From the human T2T-CHM13v2.0 reference genome, Homo sapiens, in the NCBI RefSeq assembly GCF_009914755.1, contig NC_060932.1: a stretch of 64,000 nucleotides of DNA; one strand, 5' to 3'. Below the pieces are notes generated by a model. The model made no database searches. It saw only the letters and a program-made list of their open reading frames with translations, and was not told where the DNA came from. Both the position numbers and the translations under genes were made by a program. Position 1 is the stretch's first letter, and each line of letters starts with the position of its first letter. This document shows positions 1-18,689 of the stretch, piece after piece.

Positions 1-630
1 ATTTAGCTAAAGTTTGAGGACTCATCCAGGAAAAACATAGTCACAGGAGCCTCTGTGACATGTACTTTTCCGAAGAAGATTTGAGGAACTTCAGTATTTA
101 AAGGGGAAACATCAAGAAGAGGAGAAAAGAGGGAGGTAGGTTAGGCAGTGATGTAAATGATTACATTCTTGTGAGGCTCTTATATAAGACAAGGTAAACA
201 TGCGAAAAGAAGGAATAGAGAAAAAGTCAATTATGAATTTGTCTCAGGGTAGGTGGAGGGATGATTTCTGGTCCTGTCCTTGTCCTGTACCTGTGAAGAT
301 AAGCTAGTAATTGATATCTTCAGGGCGAGATACAACAGAACTCGGGTTTAGGTCTAGAATATAGGAGGGTATGTATTCTAAAAGATTTAGGGGCTCACAA
401 GGGGCTCTCAATTGTACCTAGTGAACGATTTGTGAGAGAGACCATGTGAGGAGATATGCGGCCTTATATCCTTGTGGGAACGTGGCTTGTGGATGAGGCT
501 ATGACACAGGGTTGTGAAATTACAGCTATCTGGGAACAAAAGGAAGGCAGTATTGTGTGACTCATTTTCCAAGCTTAACTTTCCCTTTTGCATAGTGAGT
601 TTTGGGGTCCCAAGATTCTATTTTTTCACA
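1..630 (-). mobile_element. ERV1 MER4-group LTR, truncated by window start
   Basis: Ends in ...aagcttaactttcccttttgcatagtgagttttggggtcccaagattctattttttcaca, the reverse complement of the TGTGAAA...CTTGGGACCCCAAACTCACT 5' end typical of MER4/MER41-group LTRs. Confidence 0.7.
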
Positions 631-934
631 CTTACTACTTTAAATTTCTATAGTTGTGTTTTAAAATGATTCAAGTCTTCATCCACTTAAAATATTGTTT
701 AACTTTTAACACCTAGTGTCATTTTGCTTCAGGTATTTACCTTGGTAGATTTAATACTATGACTCAATTAAATCCCTTGAAGTTTAATTGGTGAGCCTAA
801 AGAGCTTAGCCACTGAAGGCAAAAATGCTTAAGATATTATTATATTTACCAAGTGTTCCAAATTCTTCTTTTTTGTTTGTTTGGTTTTATTTATTGCTAT
901 TCTATCTTAAGGCATCTACAGTGTACACACTTAG

Positions 935-1860
935 AACCTACTCATCTGACAAAGGGCTAATATCCAGAATCTACAATGAACTCAAACAAATTTACAAGAA
1001 AAAAACAAGCAACCCCATCAAAAAGTGGGTGAAGGATATGAACAGACACTTCTCAAAAGAAGACATTTATGCAGCCAAAAAACACATGAAAAAATGCTCA
1101 TCATCACTGGCCATCAGAGAAATGCAAATCAAAACCACAATGAGATACCATCTCACACCAGTTAGAATGGCAATCATTAAAAAGTCAGGAAACAACAGGT
1201 GCTGGAGAGGATGTGGAGAAATAGGAACACTTTTACACTGTTGGTGGGACTGTAAACTAGTTCAACCATTGTGGAAGTCAGTGTGGCGATTCCTCAGGGA
1301 TCTAGAGCTAGAAATACCATTTGACCCAGCCATCCCATTACTGGGTATATACCCAAAGGATTATAAATCATGATACTATAAAGACACATGCACACATATG
1401 TTTATTGCGGCACTATTCACAATAGCAAAGACTTGGAACCAACCCAAATGTCCAACAATGATAGACTGGATTAAGAAAATGTGGCACATATACACCATGG
1501 AATACTATGCAGCCATAAAAAATGAAGAGTTCATGTCCTTTGTAGGGACATGGATGAAACTGGAAATCATCATTCTCAGCAAACTATCGCAAGGACAAAA
1601 AACCAAACACCACATGTTCTCACTCATAGGTGGGAATTGAACAATGAGAACCCATGGACACAGGAAGGGGAACATCACACTCCAGGGACTGTTGTGGGGT
1701 GGGGAGAGGTGGGAGGGATAGCATTAGGAGATATACCTAATGCTAAATGACAAGTTAATGGGTGCAGCACACCAACATGGCACATGTATACATATGTAAC
1801 AAACCTGCACGTTGTGCACATGTACCCTAAAACTTAAAGTATAATAATAAATAAAAAAAG
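935..1860 (+). mobile_element. 5'-truncated L1PA (about L1PA3-PA5) 3' end
   Basis: ORF2 C-terminal peptide ([13 protein letters not shown]...[13 protein letters not shown]), G-rich 3'UTR, ataataataa and A-tail. No TSD visible. Confidence 0.95.
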
Positions 1861-2514
1861 AAATTAATATGTACTGGATATATGTGGGTGGAAGGTTAAG
1901 AAAGTAGGGGTTGGTTGGCATATGCTAATGCTACAACTTATATCATGTAACATATAATAACAATATATCTTCTTGTACTATTACCACAACTGTTAATTAA
2001 TTAAACATTACTGGTTATCCTTGTTATGTATTTTTCTTTATAACTTTTAGTTTGTTTCAAAATTACTGGTGTGACTTGAAAACTAAAGTAAAAAACTTGT
2101 TATTTAAAAAGGATTTTTTTTACAATTTAGTATACATTATTTTTTATGCTATTTTGCAAGCTGCTTGAGGTATGTTGTTTGAATGGAGAATCCATCTTAT
2201 GATAAACACAGAGCTTCACAGGCAGGATTTCCTTAAATGACTTACAGGTCTGACCTGGAACTGTTATTCCCCTCAGCCCTGAGAGAAATGGGTGGCTGGA
2301 TGCTGCAGATATGTTTCTTCTGGCAGCAAGATAGCCAAAATGAAGGGGGACCTGCTCAGTGCCATTTCTGCAGATGGCAAGAAATGTGAGCAGTAGCTGG
2401 AACTCATTGCTGTATCACAAGGATCTGAGTGTATCCCCAAAGGTGCTTTACCACATGTACATTGATTTCTGCATTCTGCACCTGCTTTAGTGTATGTGGC
2501 ATTAGTTTTCCCTG

Positions 2515-2683
2515 TAGTCGTTGTTCTCTCCAGAATTACTAAAGGAACTCTGAGAGCATATCAATTACTGGTACTCATACTCAGACTGTCTAATTCAGTA
2601 AGTCTAGGTTGAGTTCCAAGAATTTGTATTATTAAGAGTCCTAAGGTACTGCTGCTGCTGGTCTGAGCACTTTAGAACCACTG
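2515..2683. mobile_element. MER5A-like hAT-Charlie DNA transposon remnant
   Basis: attcagtaagtctaggttgagttccaagaatttgtatt...gctgctggtctg...ctttagaaccactg resembles the MER5A core and terminus. Confidence 0.6.
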
Positions 2684-4382
2684 CCTCACAGAATGTTTTG
2701 GGTTCATAGGTTATTTCTGAAGATTGTCATATATTGCTCTGTGTTAGGCTCCTGAAATTTTATCTACTGGTGAAATTTCAAGTGTCCCTATCAAAGGAGC
2801 ACTCTCAGAACATAGATATGCATCCTTGTAATTCTTTGAGCCTCATCATGACACTACAGTATTGTTTACTCTTCTCAGTGTTGAACAAGGCATGTTGAAT
2901 GACTAGTTGTTGCAATTCCTGAAACTTGTCCTGGAAATCTAACTACACACTGGTTAAGCTTTCTTCTTCTCTTTCTATTTACTTATTTTCAAGACAGCAT
3001 TAATGAGCATTCTAGATTCCTGTCCAAACTTCAAGAATTGAGAATTGTTTCCTTTCATAAAGGACTATGTTATTTAGATAAACCTCCTGCTTAAAAAGCT
3101 GTAAAAAGCTATATAAATTATCAAACGGGAATAATAAAAAGATGCAAGTAAGACAAATAGGGAAAATAGAAGTATATTACCTAAAGTGGAAAAATTAAAA
3201 CCAAATAAGAATCAAAACAAATTTCAACTATATACTGCTTATAAGAAACAAATGACATAAAAATATTGGAAATAAAGTTTTTAAAAAAATCATATGGACA
3301 TTAACAAAAAAAATTACATCCACACACACATACACACACAAAAATAGATTTCAAGGCGGAAAAAAGCTTTACTATAAATAAGTTGGAACACTTTCTCAAT
3401 ACAACAATGTTCTCAGAATTATATAACAATTTCATATTTGTATATTTTTAACAATATATCTTCAAACCAGATAAAGCAAAATTTGACAAAAACACACAAA
3501 AAATCCACAATTCTAATCAGGAATGTAATAAACCTCTTGCAATATATAATAGAATAAGAAGATAAAAATAAGTAGAAAGCTACCATCAGCAAAAATGACA
3601 AAATAAGGACCTTCAAACATTCTATTTTCTATGAAAGTGTGATAAGAACCAATGTTTTCAGTTATTTGCAAATTAACCAAGGCTTGCAGGAATCTGGAGA
3701 GCATTTATTCAAGAAAAGTGGATGAATGTGAGTGAGACCAATGAACTTTGTGGAGTTTTAGCTTGTCCTATAGCCACATTCCCTATCCAGCTCTGGGGAA
3801 GCCTTGAAAAACAACGGCTCCAATCATGGAGGAAACTGGAAGTGTGACAGTCACTGGAAAGACCAGAACAGGGTTGGAGACCCTTAAATGCCTCATTCCC
3901 AGACAAGCATCCTTCTCTTACATGTCTGGTCATTCTCTGGAAGATTCACCTTGGAAGTTTGTTGTTGTTATATGACTCAGTCCACCCAGTACAAAGCCTT
4001 TTTCCCAGGGGTGTTTGTTGAAAACAGTAAGAGGCAATTGTTTACACTGGGCACTCCTGAAGGCTGTGGATAAAAATTGAGGCAGATAATAGGGAACATT
4101 TTCCAATGCATTCTATGAGTATTACCAAAAACAGATGAAGATGTCACAAGATAAGAAAACTACAGATCAACATTTTATAAATATGGATGTAAAAATTCTC
4201 AACAAACTTAATTCTGCACCATGTAAAAAGGATTATAAACCATGTCCAAATAGAATTTATCCCAGAAATGCAGTCTGTATCTGAGGTTCAATATAATCCA
4301 TGAATGTAATATCAAGTATTATTTCATAGTAATATGAATCATTGTAATACACTATGTTGATGGGATAAAGAACAAAACCCAC

Positions 4383-4727
4383 TGTATTAGTCTGTTCTCA
4401 TGCGTTTAAGAAAGACATACCAAAGACATAATTTATAAAGAAAAAGAGGTTTAATGGACTCACAGTTTCCACATGGCTGGGGAGGCCTCATAATCAAGGT
4501 GGAAGGTGAAGGAAAAGCAAAGGCACATCTTACATAGATGCAGGCAAGAGTGAATGTGGAGGGGAACTGCCCTTCATAAAACCATCAGATCTCATGAGGC
4601 CTATTCACTATCACAAGAACAGCACGGGAAAAGCTAGCCTCTACTGGGTCCCTCTCATGACATGTAGGGATTATGGGAGCTATAATTCAAGATGAGATTT
4701 GGGTGGGAACACAGCAAAACCATATTA
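4383..4727 (-). mobile_element. THE1 (MaLR) solo LTR with 5-bp TSD
   Basis: tgtattagtctgttctc...gagatttgggtgggaacacagcaaaaccatatta, with a perfect CCCAC TSD at 4378-4382 and 4728-4732. Confidence 0.92.
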
Positions 4728-6542
4728 CCCACATGATCTCTTTGACGATAAAAAGTACTGACAGAACTGGAAATAAAAGGGAATTTCCTCAACCTGGTAA
4801 AAATCACCCCCTGGGAAATTTGGCAAGTAAATGGAAGAAAAGATATCCAGATTGGAATAGAATTAACATTACCTCTCACGTCTCTTTGCTGATGACATAA
4901 TTGTGTATATAGAAAAATCCTACAAAATTTACATACACACAAAGCCAATTAATTATTTTGGCAATATTGCAATATGCATGATCAATATACAAAAATCAAT
5001 TGTATTTCTATACACTAGCAAAGAACAGTCTAAAAATGAAATTAATAAAATTAATTTCATTTATGATAGTATCAATATACTTAGTAATTTGTATTTAAAT
5101 CATACTGTATACTTAGTATCAATATTAGTATCAATATATGATAGTAACAATATACTTAGAAATATATTAAAAAATAAATGTTTAACTTGGATATGGAAAG
5201 CTACAGAATATTATTGAAATAAATTAGAGAAAACATAAATAGAAAGACATTGTATGTTTATGAATTGGAAGATTTACTATTGTTAAGATGGCAAAATTCT
5301 CTTAATTGATCTACAGATTTGCCATAATTCCTATTAAAATTCCTGCTCTCCGTTTTTGCAGAAATTGATAAACTAATCTTAAAATCAATATGAAAATACT
5401 AAGGACCCAGAACAGTCAACCATCTTGAAAAAGAATATGACACAAAGAGCACGCACACTTTCAGGGTATGCATCTGCATTAGTCATACTTGTGTGGTGCT
5501 GGTATAAGGATAGACATATGGGCTAATAGAATAATATAAGAGTCCAGAAATAAACCCACACATTTATGGTCAATTGATTTTCAACAAGAACACCAAGACA
5601 ATTTCAACAAATCGTGCTGAGACAACCGAATATTCACATGCAAAATATGAATTTGGACCCCAATCTTATACCATGTAAAAAATTAAATAAAATGCATCAA
5701 AACCCTAAATTTAACAAGTCGAAAAATTCTTAGAAGGAAGCATAGATGTAAATGTTTATAACCTTGCACTAGGCAATGGTTTCCAGGATATAACACTTAA
5801 AGCACAAACAACCAAAGAAAGACTAGATAAACTGGACTTTATACAAATTAAAAACTTTTACGTTTCAAAGGACACTATCAAGAAAGTGAAAAGATGACCT
5901 ACAAAAAAGGAAAAAGTATTCACAAATCACATATATGATTAGGATCTAGTTTCTAGAATATATTCAAAACTATTATACTTCAACAATAAAACAAAAATAC
6001 CTTATTTAAAAATAGACAAATGATTTAAATACAAATTTCTTCAAAGTGGGAGAAAAACAAGTCATAAAACATTGTGATACCACTTTACATCCAATAGGAT
6101 ATCAAAATATAAAATATAGACAGTAATAAAAGTTGTGCATATGTGAAGAAATTGAAACCCTTATACATAGCTGATGAAAGTGTAAAATGATGCAGCTGTT
6201 TTGGAAAATACTTTGGCAGTCCTCAAAAAGCAAACCATTGACTTTTTATATGACTCAGCAATTCCACTTCTATGTATACACTAAAGAGAATTGAAAACAT
6301 ATGTCTGCACAAAAACTTTTACATGAATGTTCATAGCAGCATTACTCATAACAGTGCCAAAGTGTAAACAACCTGAATGTTCACCAACTGATGAAGAAAA
6401 TATGGCATGTCCATATTATATGTATATATATATTCATTCATAAAAATTAATGAAGTACTGATTTATGCTACAAACAATAGATGAATCTTAAAATAACAAA
6501 GTCATTCACAAAAAGCTACATATTGTACGACTGCATTTGTGT

Positions 6543-6580
6543 AACATGTCTAGAATAGGCAAACATGTCTAGAATAGGCA
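6543..6580. repeat. Perfect 19-bp tandem duplication
   Basis: aacatgtctagaataggca x2. Confidence 0.9.
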
Positions 6581-6799
6581 AATCAGAGACACAGAAAGAT
6601 TAGTGTTTGCTAGGATCTGAAAAGAAGTAGAGATGGAAAGTGAGTGATAATAGGTACAGTATTTATCTTCAGTATGAAAATGGTCTGGAATTAGATATGG
6701 TTCCACAGTTGTATGAATACACTGAAAACCACTAAACTGTACTGTTTAAAGGCGTGAATTTTATTGTGTGTATATCTTAATAAAAGACAATAAGAATGC

Positions 6800-7470
6800 A
6801 TAAGATTTGGAGAAAATGTTGTTACATATTTATAGAAATTGTTCCTATGCCATAAAACTCATTTCAAAATATTTCAAAAGATATAGTCATTCAGAATGTG
6901 TTGTATAGCCCAACAGTGGAGATCATCAGCAAAATCACAAGATAGCTCTGAAAAGAGTAATGAAATTGATACTGTAATCCCAGGAAGTCTTCACAATGTG
7001 AAATAGAGTATGTGACAAAGTTTGTCTATTGAATACACTGAATATTTAGTTTAAAATATTCCCACAAATGCCAATTCACTTTAAAGTATGAATTCCTGTG
7101 AATTCTATGAAAAATTTAAGGAAAACATGTCAATCCCACACAAACCCTTCTAAAGGACAAGAGAGAAAATGGTCCTAGAATTATTTAATTCGCCCATGGT
7201 AAACTTTATATTGAAACCTGATAAGGACTTTACAAAATAAGAAATTACTGGCCAACCTCATTAATAAAAATATATATTATATATATATTTATTATATGTA
7301 ATATAGCAATATGTAAGTATATTGAATCCAGAAATATATAGAAAGCACTATACATAATGACCAAGTTTGATTTATTACAAAATGTAAGATTCATTTAACA
7401 ATAACAAAGTGTTAATATACCTTACCACATTTACAGAATAAAAGATAGACATCATTTGATCATCACTTTT
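6800..7470 (+). mobile_element. Highly diverged L1M ORF2 fragments
   Basis: aaacctgataaggactttacaaaataagaaattactggccaacctc and cataatgaccaagtttgatttatt resemble RT-region L1 sequence. Confidence 0.55.
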
Positions 7471-8095
7471 CAGACTCTTAGTTTTAATTTTTTTTGCTCA
7501 ATGAACCCAGATACAATGTTATTTCTATCACTATCACTGAGGTTTCACAGCTTTGTGTAAGCACTATAATGAAAATATGTCAACTCTTGAGGGCATTCTT
7601 CTTTAGGAAAACCTGATAACAGCAGGACCTTTTAAATTACATCCTGTAGATCGATTTGACATTACTTTTTCAGCTGTCCTCCTGAGGTCTCTCGGAAGGT
7701 ACAAAGAAAAGGAAACAATCATTCTTTTATGGCTATCATAATTACTGAAATGGAATCACATGGTATTTCTGCACCCTGTTTGCAAAAGCATGCCTCTTTG
7801 TTGAAATGTTGTGAGAAAAAAAGAGAAAAGTTTTATTACATGTCAAAGTTTGCTGATACTCGGAGATGACATCTTCCCACTTTGGATTCCTGTCACTTAC
7901 AGTTACTTGAGGTAGAGAGAGACAACCCCATTTCAAATAAAATCTACCTACTTAACGACCACTCTCTTTCATGCTGCTATTATGCTTTTGCTATTTAAAT
8001 ATAATGTAATAATAATGCTTTAGGCACAACTGATTCCTAATTTTGTTTTACCTACATGTTACTTTCCCTGCTATAAATTGTTTGCTTGATTTTCT

Positions 8096-8549
8096 TCTTT
8101 TTTTTTTTTTGACAGTCGTTGGTATATTTATTTGAAAATTAACCTCATTAATTCATGGTCATATATCTTAACAATACAATAGAATTATAAGGCCATGTCT
8201 TATGATCCTTTTGTATCTCCCTCATAACATGTTACTGATCGTGGAGTAAGCTTTCAATAAATATTGAATTAAACTGATGACTGTTATAGAGACCTAGGCC
8301 AAACACAGGTTGGGAAAGATAAAATCAAGAATCAAAATTCTGGATAACAAAATCGGTGCAGATAGCAACTGAAAATGCTTCATAATTTTAAACATTTGGT
8401 TCTCAATAGTAGATAGATATTTTTTCAATATAGTTTGGGTTGTATTGATTCCAACAGTGTACTGGGAGCTGAGAACCAAATTTTACCTTATCTCTGCCTC
8501 TAAAATTAGGCAAGTTACATAATTCACTTAGTATCTCATTTTCCTTTTC
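8096..8549 (-). other. L1-mediated 3' transduced segment with its own poly(A) tail
   Basis: T-tract 8096-8110; TTTATT (AATAAA on -) at 8127-8132; non-L1 DNA 8111-~8549 enclosed with the L1 by TSD tgtttgcttgattttct (8079-8095 and 13667-13683). Confidence 0.9.
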
Positions 8550-13666
<5,117 letters not shown>

Positions 13667-13929
13667 TGTTTGCTTGATTTTCTAAATTATTAAATGCAAC
13701 ATCATGATCGGAGTAATGTAAGGTTGGTATAAAAACTTGAATAATAATGCTAACATTTATTATGACAAAATGATGTTCCTACAGTTTCACAACCATAAAA
13801 TTGAGAGAAATTCTGCACAATTCTGTGTTGTGCTTTATGTCAATTAAAAACAATAACAGAAACTTATAATGAGGTAATTATCCACTTTTACTTTTTTATC
13901 AAGCTACACAGAACTTAGCTAAAATCCTA

Positions 13930-14085
13930 GCAATGCCAATTGCTTAATTTTCCTGAGACATCAATTTCTCATTTGTAAAATTGTGGCGCGGCTACCTATC
14001 TGGTAGCAATTTCTGTGAGGACTACATGAAATAACGGCAATTGCAGATTCTGTGAGGTGGCACCTAGCACTTAGTGTGCATAATC
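13930..14085 (+). mobile_element. MIR fragment
   Basis: ctgagacatcaatttctcatttgtaaaattg...tgtgaggactacatgaaataa matches the MIR core. Confidence 0.65.
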
Positions 14086-15867
14086 AAATTTGAGTTTCCT
14101 TGGCTCACTTCTTTTACCAAAAAATTTCATTTGTGTATCCCATTGACAGACCCAAAAGGTACAGTTCCTTAATTGATTTAATTTGACCAGGGATATACCC
14201 TTAATCTAATATAAACAAATTTATAGGTGTGGATAAACCAATCATCCTTTCTCAATTAATAATATAAACTTTGTCAAATAATGGAGCCAACTGTTAGCTT
14301 CTTGAATAAAATCATGTAAACTTTGGCTTGGGGCTCCCATGTTTATTAGGTGTTATACAAGATGAGATTATGGAAGCATTGAACAGATAATGGAAGGGAA
14401 AACAAAGTCAGCAGCATGACAAGGACCTCGCAGTTCCCCCTGTAAAGAGCTAGCATCCTTCATTCCTGATATATGTGCTTTCAGACTCAATTCCCATTAG
14501 GCCATACCCTAAGAGTCTGCTACATTATCTTGTATGTCCTTTGAAACATACATCTTTTGTATGTTAGTTGGCTTGAATGTGTTCTACTCATTACAATCAA
14601 ATGAGTTTGGGGTATAAAATTGTTTCACTGCTTTTAAAATTCTGTCATTTAGAGCAGTATGTATTAGTTTTCAAAATATTAAGTTACACCATGGCTTTTT
14701 ATGAATATTGATTATTCAGTAGGCTGTATAAGATGGGCTAATAGGTTTACCGATATGTAGTCTGGCTTAAAACTGACATATTTACCTTAAAAGTATTAGC
14801 GCTTTCATCTATGTCTTGAATATTGAAGAAAAAATGTAATATGGAGATTACATAAGCCTAGGGAATAAAAATGATCAAAACAGTTTGCCCAACTATCTGA
14901 ATGAGTTGTGCACAAAATACTATGGTCCTAAATTGAATTACTTGTTAATATTTATGTTTATATAAATAATTTAAAATGCTTTCATCACAAGTAAAAAGTG
15001 AAGTAGTTAAAGAATGAGGTTATTTTTGATTTCAAGTAAGAATAAACAAACTCTTCATTATGTCAGCAAAAATTTTGGCTCTTTCTGTGTTTTCACTCGT
15101 CTGTCTTCAGTGCATTGGCTGTAGTCCTTGGTTTTGTTTTTTCATGCATTCAAGATGCTGCTGCATGCTTTATAATTCAATAAAACCTCATCCATAACAT
15201 AAAGGGCAGTTGGCCATCCTAGGTTGTTTTTGTCTCCTGGATCACAGACCTTCACCAAAGCCCCCCCAGCATACTTCCTTCTAAATCCTATTGGTTTGGT
15301 TTGGGTAGGGTAGCCTGATATACTCTCTTGTCTAAGCAGAATTATGAATGCTTTCTTTTTATTCTCATACATGCCCATACTTAAATAAGAAATTATCTAC
15401 CTGCTCTTGGTTTGGGTAACATGCCTATATCTTAGGAGCATAAGATCCTCCCCCAACCAAAAAAAAGGCAAAAAAAGAAAAAAAAAAAGTCAGAAAAACA
15501 AAAACAAAAAACCCAAATATCTAGTGTTTCAGCCTCTGTCATGGAAAGTGAATCTGCCAGCGGATAAATGAATGGCTTTGAGGTAGAAAACCACTAATGT
15601 CTGCCACATGTTAAGTACTAAACAATTTCCAAATTCTGAATATAAAGTTGGACATTGTGTAAATTAGGCTAAATTACTGATGCTAAAATTTTATGGGTTG
15701 GTCTGGTTGTCTGAACTTAGAAGTACTAATGAATCAATTTAATTATTAGGGAAAATTTAATTTTGTCTACTATTTTGAAATATTGATAAAAATAGGATTA
15801 GCAATTGCTCTTTTTATGAAGATTTTTTTTTATGATATTCTAAGTGTTTTCTTCTGTTTTCATCTAG

Positions 15868-15935
15868 AATTAGACCCAGTGACCAAGCAACTTATGCTCC
15901 AAACAGCTAAACCAACTTTTGGCCATCTGACAGAT
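15868..15935 (+). CDS. CNBD1: Internal coding exon, (E)LDPVTKQLMLQTAKPTFGHLTD; probably CNBD1 extended C-terminus
   Basis: Acceptor gttttcttctgttttcatctag, donor GAT|gtaagt. Only one frame is open (phase 1 to phase 0), and it joins in frame to 58529-58588. Gene identity is recalled from the CNBD1 protein (..DKDLF-ELDPV..), not verified. Confidence 0.72.
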
Positions 15936-18266
15936 GTAAGTAAAATGTTCAAGTTATAATAAATGTCACTCTTCATAGTAATTAAATGCAAATGTTTATT
16001 GTTTTTTAATAGCTAGTAGCCTTCCTATTAAGATAACTGTAATGTTATCTGCTCTAGAAAATAATGACATAAGACATTTGTAAATGTTTATGTAAATAAG
16101 ACATTTGTAAATGGTGCATTAACCATCCACCTACTTATGTGCTTTAATTTTACTCTAAGGTACTATTTTTGGTAAAAGAGATATTTATAACATCCTTCAA
16201 AAACTTTCAGTCTGTGTCAACAAAATTACTCTTGTAATAAGCCTTACCTCAAAGAATTTTACATTTTTAAAGAGGAACATAAACATTTAAACAGATATTT
16301 CAAAGACCAGGGGTCACTTTTTTTTTTAGTTATAGTAGGTCCATTTTATATGAATAAAATATTGTAGTTTGAACAAATACACCTCATGCCAATCTCTATA
16401 AAATTCATATTAGAATATGCCCATAGAATGCATAAAGAACCACTATGCATTAGTTCATGCTAGAATATTTAATAATCTATACAAAAAAGTGACTAAAACT
16501 TTGAACAAGTTTTTAATATGATGAATATGAACAGCATTCAAGTCAATAGCTTCCATAGGAGTCTGGAGAAGCCCAGATGGCCTGATGGTATTGCTCCTCA
16601 TGAAAAGAATGCAAAACCCAAATGGCCTCAGCTCTCATAGGCCATGTATATGGGTGGGTGTCTGTAAAAGGTGGCAGACTGTGATGTGTGATATAAGGAT
16701 GTTAAAGAAGCCAAAAGGAGAAGGAAATGGATTGGCAGTGTACCCAAATAGGATCTGGGAGGAACAGAAATACCTAAAGGAGTTTTTAAAAGATTAAATT
16801 GTTTATAGTGTGGTGCTAAATGTCTCTGTCTCCTAACAAAATCCTTAGTGAAATCCATCTGACTCATTCTGATGTTTTCAGTGTTTCCTTATGGTTGAGT
16901 TTGAACACATGCTGAGTCTTCCTTTTTGACTAAAGTGTAGTGAGAACAGTATTTCCCCGAAAGGAGGCAACTTCAGGGTTAAAATTAGAGAGCTCATCTG
17001 ATATTTGTGAATTAGGGTGCAGCTTTCAGTTGTCTTTTGGATTAAATCATCTTGATGAAAGTGCAATGAGTGTTTCCTTGCCATGGTTACCAAATGACAC
17101 AAATCATGATGGTAGTTGGTGTGTGACCTCAAGAAGAGGGATGTTATAAGATGAGCATTTGCTAGTTTGTATCACAAAAATTGCATGTTCTCTGAATTTA
17201 AGTTCTAACTACTGACTCTGTTGGTACAAGTGGAACTTTGCCTGAGTCAACTGAGAGGGACAAGTTTGGAGTTGAGGGAAGATACTTTCTTTGTAGCTAA
17301 GCCATCAGACTGGGATAGGAAGCAATACTCCAAAAACGGATGTAGAAAATAGTCTCCTCAATTCCTTAGCTGGGAAAGGAGCTTAAGCCAGGAGTCAATG
17401 GAGCCCTGGCTATCTCAGGTAAATCTTCGATGTTGTCTTCCCCTTAAGATTTTTTTTTCTGGTGGGGAGGAAAGGAGAGGAAAACATGTTTTTTCTATAG
17501 GAAATGTAGCAGTGATAGATGTTACTCACCAGGATTAGTGGGGATAGGAAATGCTGAATAGGACTAACTGGCTAGAACTGCCACCCTCCTAAGAAACCTG
17601 GATTATTCCTTCCAGGGGTCCAGGCATAATGAGGATTGTGATGTATCAGGAGAGCAGACATTTGAAAGGCAGTGGAAAAAGCAAAATGAAGCAAGGAGAA
17701 AATCCTAGGTTGGAAGTGTGTCGAGAGATATGTAGAAGAAAATAGACATTTCTAATTAAATTCTTTTAAGCAGTTTGCAGTGTCAGTTTTGCAGTAAACC
17801 TTCTGTCTTCCTTCAAAGTCTTCAATTGCTCACTAATGATTTTGATTTAAATAGATTTATTTTTAAATTCTGAGTAGAAAAATGTGCCAACTCAAATTTT
17901 CAGTTTGGTGGAGGCAAGAACAGATGCCACATATTAAGCCAGCCACATCTGTGTTAAACCATGTAGCACACGAAAAATAAAAGGAAACATACTTTATTCT
18001 GGCAATATGTTAGTGATCATTCAAGTATTCAATTTTAATTGCATGTTTGTCACTGTGTTGTTTTGTGACAGTTCTTGGCTACTTTGCACTTTGCTTTTTT
18101 TTCCAGCAGGAGCGTCTGTTTCAGTACTTTGCACAAACTAGCATTATTTTAACTAAGTCCAGCAGGGTCAAAATTAAATTAGTAGGTTATATATCTCTAT
18201 AAAACACCCACCTGCATATGTTATGCACTTGCTTCATACTGATCAGCAATTTTTCCACAGACATAG

Positions 18267-18616
18267 TGATATGGTTTGGCTGTGTCCCCACCCAAATCTC
18301 ATCCTCAATTCCCACATGTTGTGGGAGGGATCCAGTGGGAGGTAATTGTTCAATTACCATGGAGGCAGGTCTTTCCCTTGCTGTTCTTGTGATAGTTAAT
18401 AAGTCTCACAAACTCTGATGGTTTTAAAAAAGGGAGTTTTCCTGCAAAAGCTCTCTTCTCTTGTCTGCTGCCATGTGAGATGTGCCTTTCACCTTCCGCC
18501 ATGATTGTGAGGACTCCCCAGCCACGTGGAACTGTGAGTCTAATAAACCTCTTTCTTTTGTGTATTGCCCAGTCTTGGGTATGTCTTTATCAGCAGTGCA
18601 AAAACAGACTAATATA
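18267..18616 (+). mobile_element. THE1 (MaLR) solo LTR
   Basis: tgatatggtttggctgtgtccccacccaaatctcatc...aataaacctctttc...cagactaatata; TSD catag/catgg. Confidence 0.92.
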
Positions 18617-18689
18617 CATGGAATTATTTTGACTAGTTTATTAAATGGGGAGTTTCAGACATAGCTCAGTTTTGCCTGGATAATGATTG

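Larger units (their letters stand above)
3100..6790 (+). mobile_element. Old L1M/L1MB fragments (ORF2 pieces and 3' end), interrupted by a THE1 LTR
   Basis: Degenerate ORF2 motifs (gtccagaaataaacccacacatttatggtcaattgattttcaacaag; gactcagcaattccacttct) and an L1MB-type 3'UTR ending near 6790. Confidence 0.8.

Noticed and set aside
825-1373. 182-aa ORF with a hydrophobic N-terminus fused to the L1 ORF2 C-terminus
   Set aside because: Chance in-frame ATG in T-rich flank upstream of a truncated L1; no promoter or splice support.
16069-16113. 18-bp direct repeat ataagacatttgtaaatg with a 9-bp spacer (similar 27-bp pair at 43804-43857)
   Set aside because: Ordinary slippage-type micro-duplications; no sign of function.
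16500-17750. Purine-rich, higher-GC stretch, possibly an old ERV/LTR or pseudogene
   Set aside because: No family motif or ORF could be recognised by eye; left unannotated.
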